Source: an uncultured Chloroflexia bacterium (GTDB taxonomy: Bacteria > Chloroflexota > Dehalococcoidia > UBA2979). From it: a stretch of DNA of 64,000 nucleotides. Position 1 is the first letter of the stretch. Each line of letters starts with the position of its first letter. The notes beneath the pieces are model-generated. The model saw only the letters and a program-made list of their open reading frames with translations, was not told where the DNA came from and searched no databases. Shown piece by piece: positions 63,404-64,000 of this stretch. Location of the stretch: contig CAVSIV010000006.1 of the NCBI GenBank assembly GCA_963728205.1, positions 608,001 through 672,000 of the forward strand. Reading direction: 5' to 3'. A program made the position numbers and the translations under genes.

Positions 63404-64000
63404 TCACGCAGACGCGAAGCGACCGGGCATCCTCGCGCCGACGACCCGGCTGTCCACGCGCGGTGACGGAGCGGTGGCGCGCTGATCCGGCGATTCGCGC
63501 ACGAACGAACCCGCTGGGTTGTCCGGCCGTGGCCGTTGGATGTCGCACATCAGCTGGCGAAGCTCGGGTGATGGGGCCAACCCCAGCTCCCTGCGCAACG
63601 ACGCGCGATACCGCTCGAACGCGGCGATCGCCTCGGAACGGTTCCCCTCGGCGAGATGCACGTGAATCAGGGTCGCACTCGCGGTTTCGCGCAGCGGATC
63701 GGCCCTGACCGCGGCGAGCGCCGCGCTCGTGGCGTCGGCGAAGCGCCCGACGCGGGCCAGGTGGTGCGCAAGTGCTTCCAGCGCGTGGAGGCGCAACTGC
63801 CGCCAGTCCTCCGCTTCGACGATGCTCCAGTCCTCGTACCAGCCGGGCAGCAGCTCCTGGGAGAGCATCGCCACCGCGGTGCGGACGGTGTCCACCGCGT
63901 CCGGTGCATCCCCCGCGACCAGCAGACGGTTCGCCAGCGCACGTGCCTCGCGAAGGTCCACCCGGACGCTCGCATCGAGCGCCAGGTCGACCGCATCCAC
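63404..64000 (-). CDS. BTAD-domain (SARP/AfsR-like) regulator, 5' end beyond the window
   Basis: ELLPGWYEDW, LRLHALE, ADPLRE, AEGN...LRRELGLAPS motifs. Confidence 0.88.
   Translation of the reverse strand: MDAVDLALDASVRVDLREARALANRLLVAGDAPDAVDTVRTAVAMLSQELLPGWYEDWSIVEAEDWRQLRLHALEALAHHLARVGRFADATSAALAAVRADPLRETASATLIHVHLAEGNRSEAIAAFERYRASLRRELGLAPSPELRQLMCDIQRPRPDNPAGSFVRESPDQRATAPSPRVDSRVVGARMPGRFASA

Overview
Very GC-rich bacterial DNA. A Chloroflexota (Dehalococcoidia-like) origin is inferred from a class F sortase with PxTG-type tails, a recurring Y-x-x-GAP-x-F/L-x-N/D surface module and a small CxHHW protein. From left to right: (1) 1-12.7 kb is a Wzx/Wzy polysaccharide locus, mostly in a more AT-rich segment, with its own PAPS supply (an unusual CysC-CysD fusion plus CysN) and a sulfotransferase, so probably a sulfated exopolysaccharide. 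(2) 13-27.6 kb mixes surface proteins with toxin-antitoxin genes: proteins ending in a GPS/ZU5-like H-F/L-S/T motif (three here, a fourth at 1.1 kb), two small HExxH paralogues, a ToxR-like membrane regulator, a DUF2723 glycosyltransferase, a class F sortase and five TA modules or remnants. (3) 27.7-35.5 kb holds Crp, a GMC oxidoreductase operon, a histidine kinase, a crotonase and ArsR-SRPBCC. (4) 35.7-47.8 kb is the most striking part, a candidate oxylipin or fatty-acid-hydroperoxide cluster: a cPLA2/patatin-like phospholipase divergent from an atypical P450, two unknown genes, a DyP peroxidase, a catalase-like heme protein and an alpha-dioxygenase-like heme peroxidase. The last two are joined in one reading frame by an array of REP-like repeats. 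(5) 48-64 kb has a tandem duplication of response regulator plus pseudo-receiver pairs, glgX, an HD-GYP/LuxR regulator, two-component genes and a BTAD regulator. A REP-like palindrome (AGCGGCGGCAGACATGCCGCCGAC) recurs at many gene ends. About nine genes carry single-base frameshifts, most likely assembly errors. I saw no rRNA, tRNA, CRISPR array or transposase. All product calls come from reading motifs by eye, with no database search.
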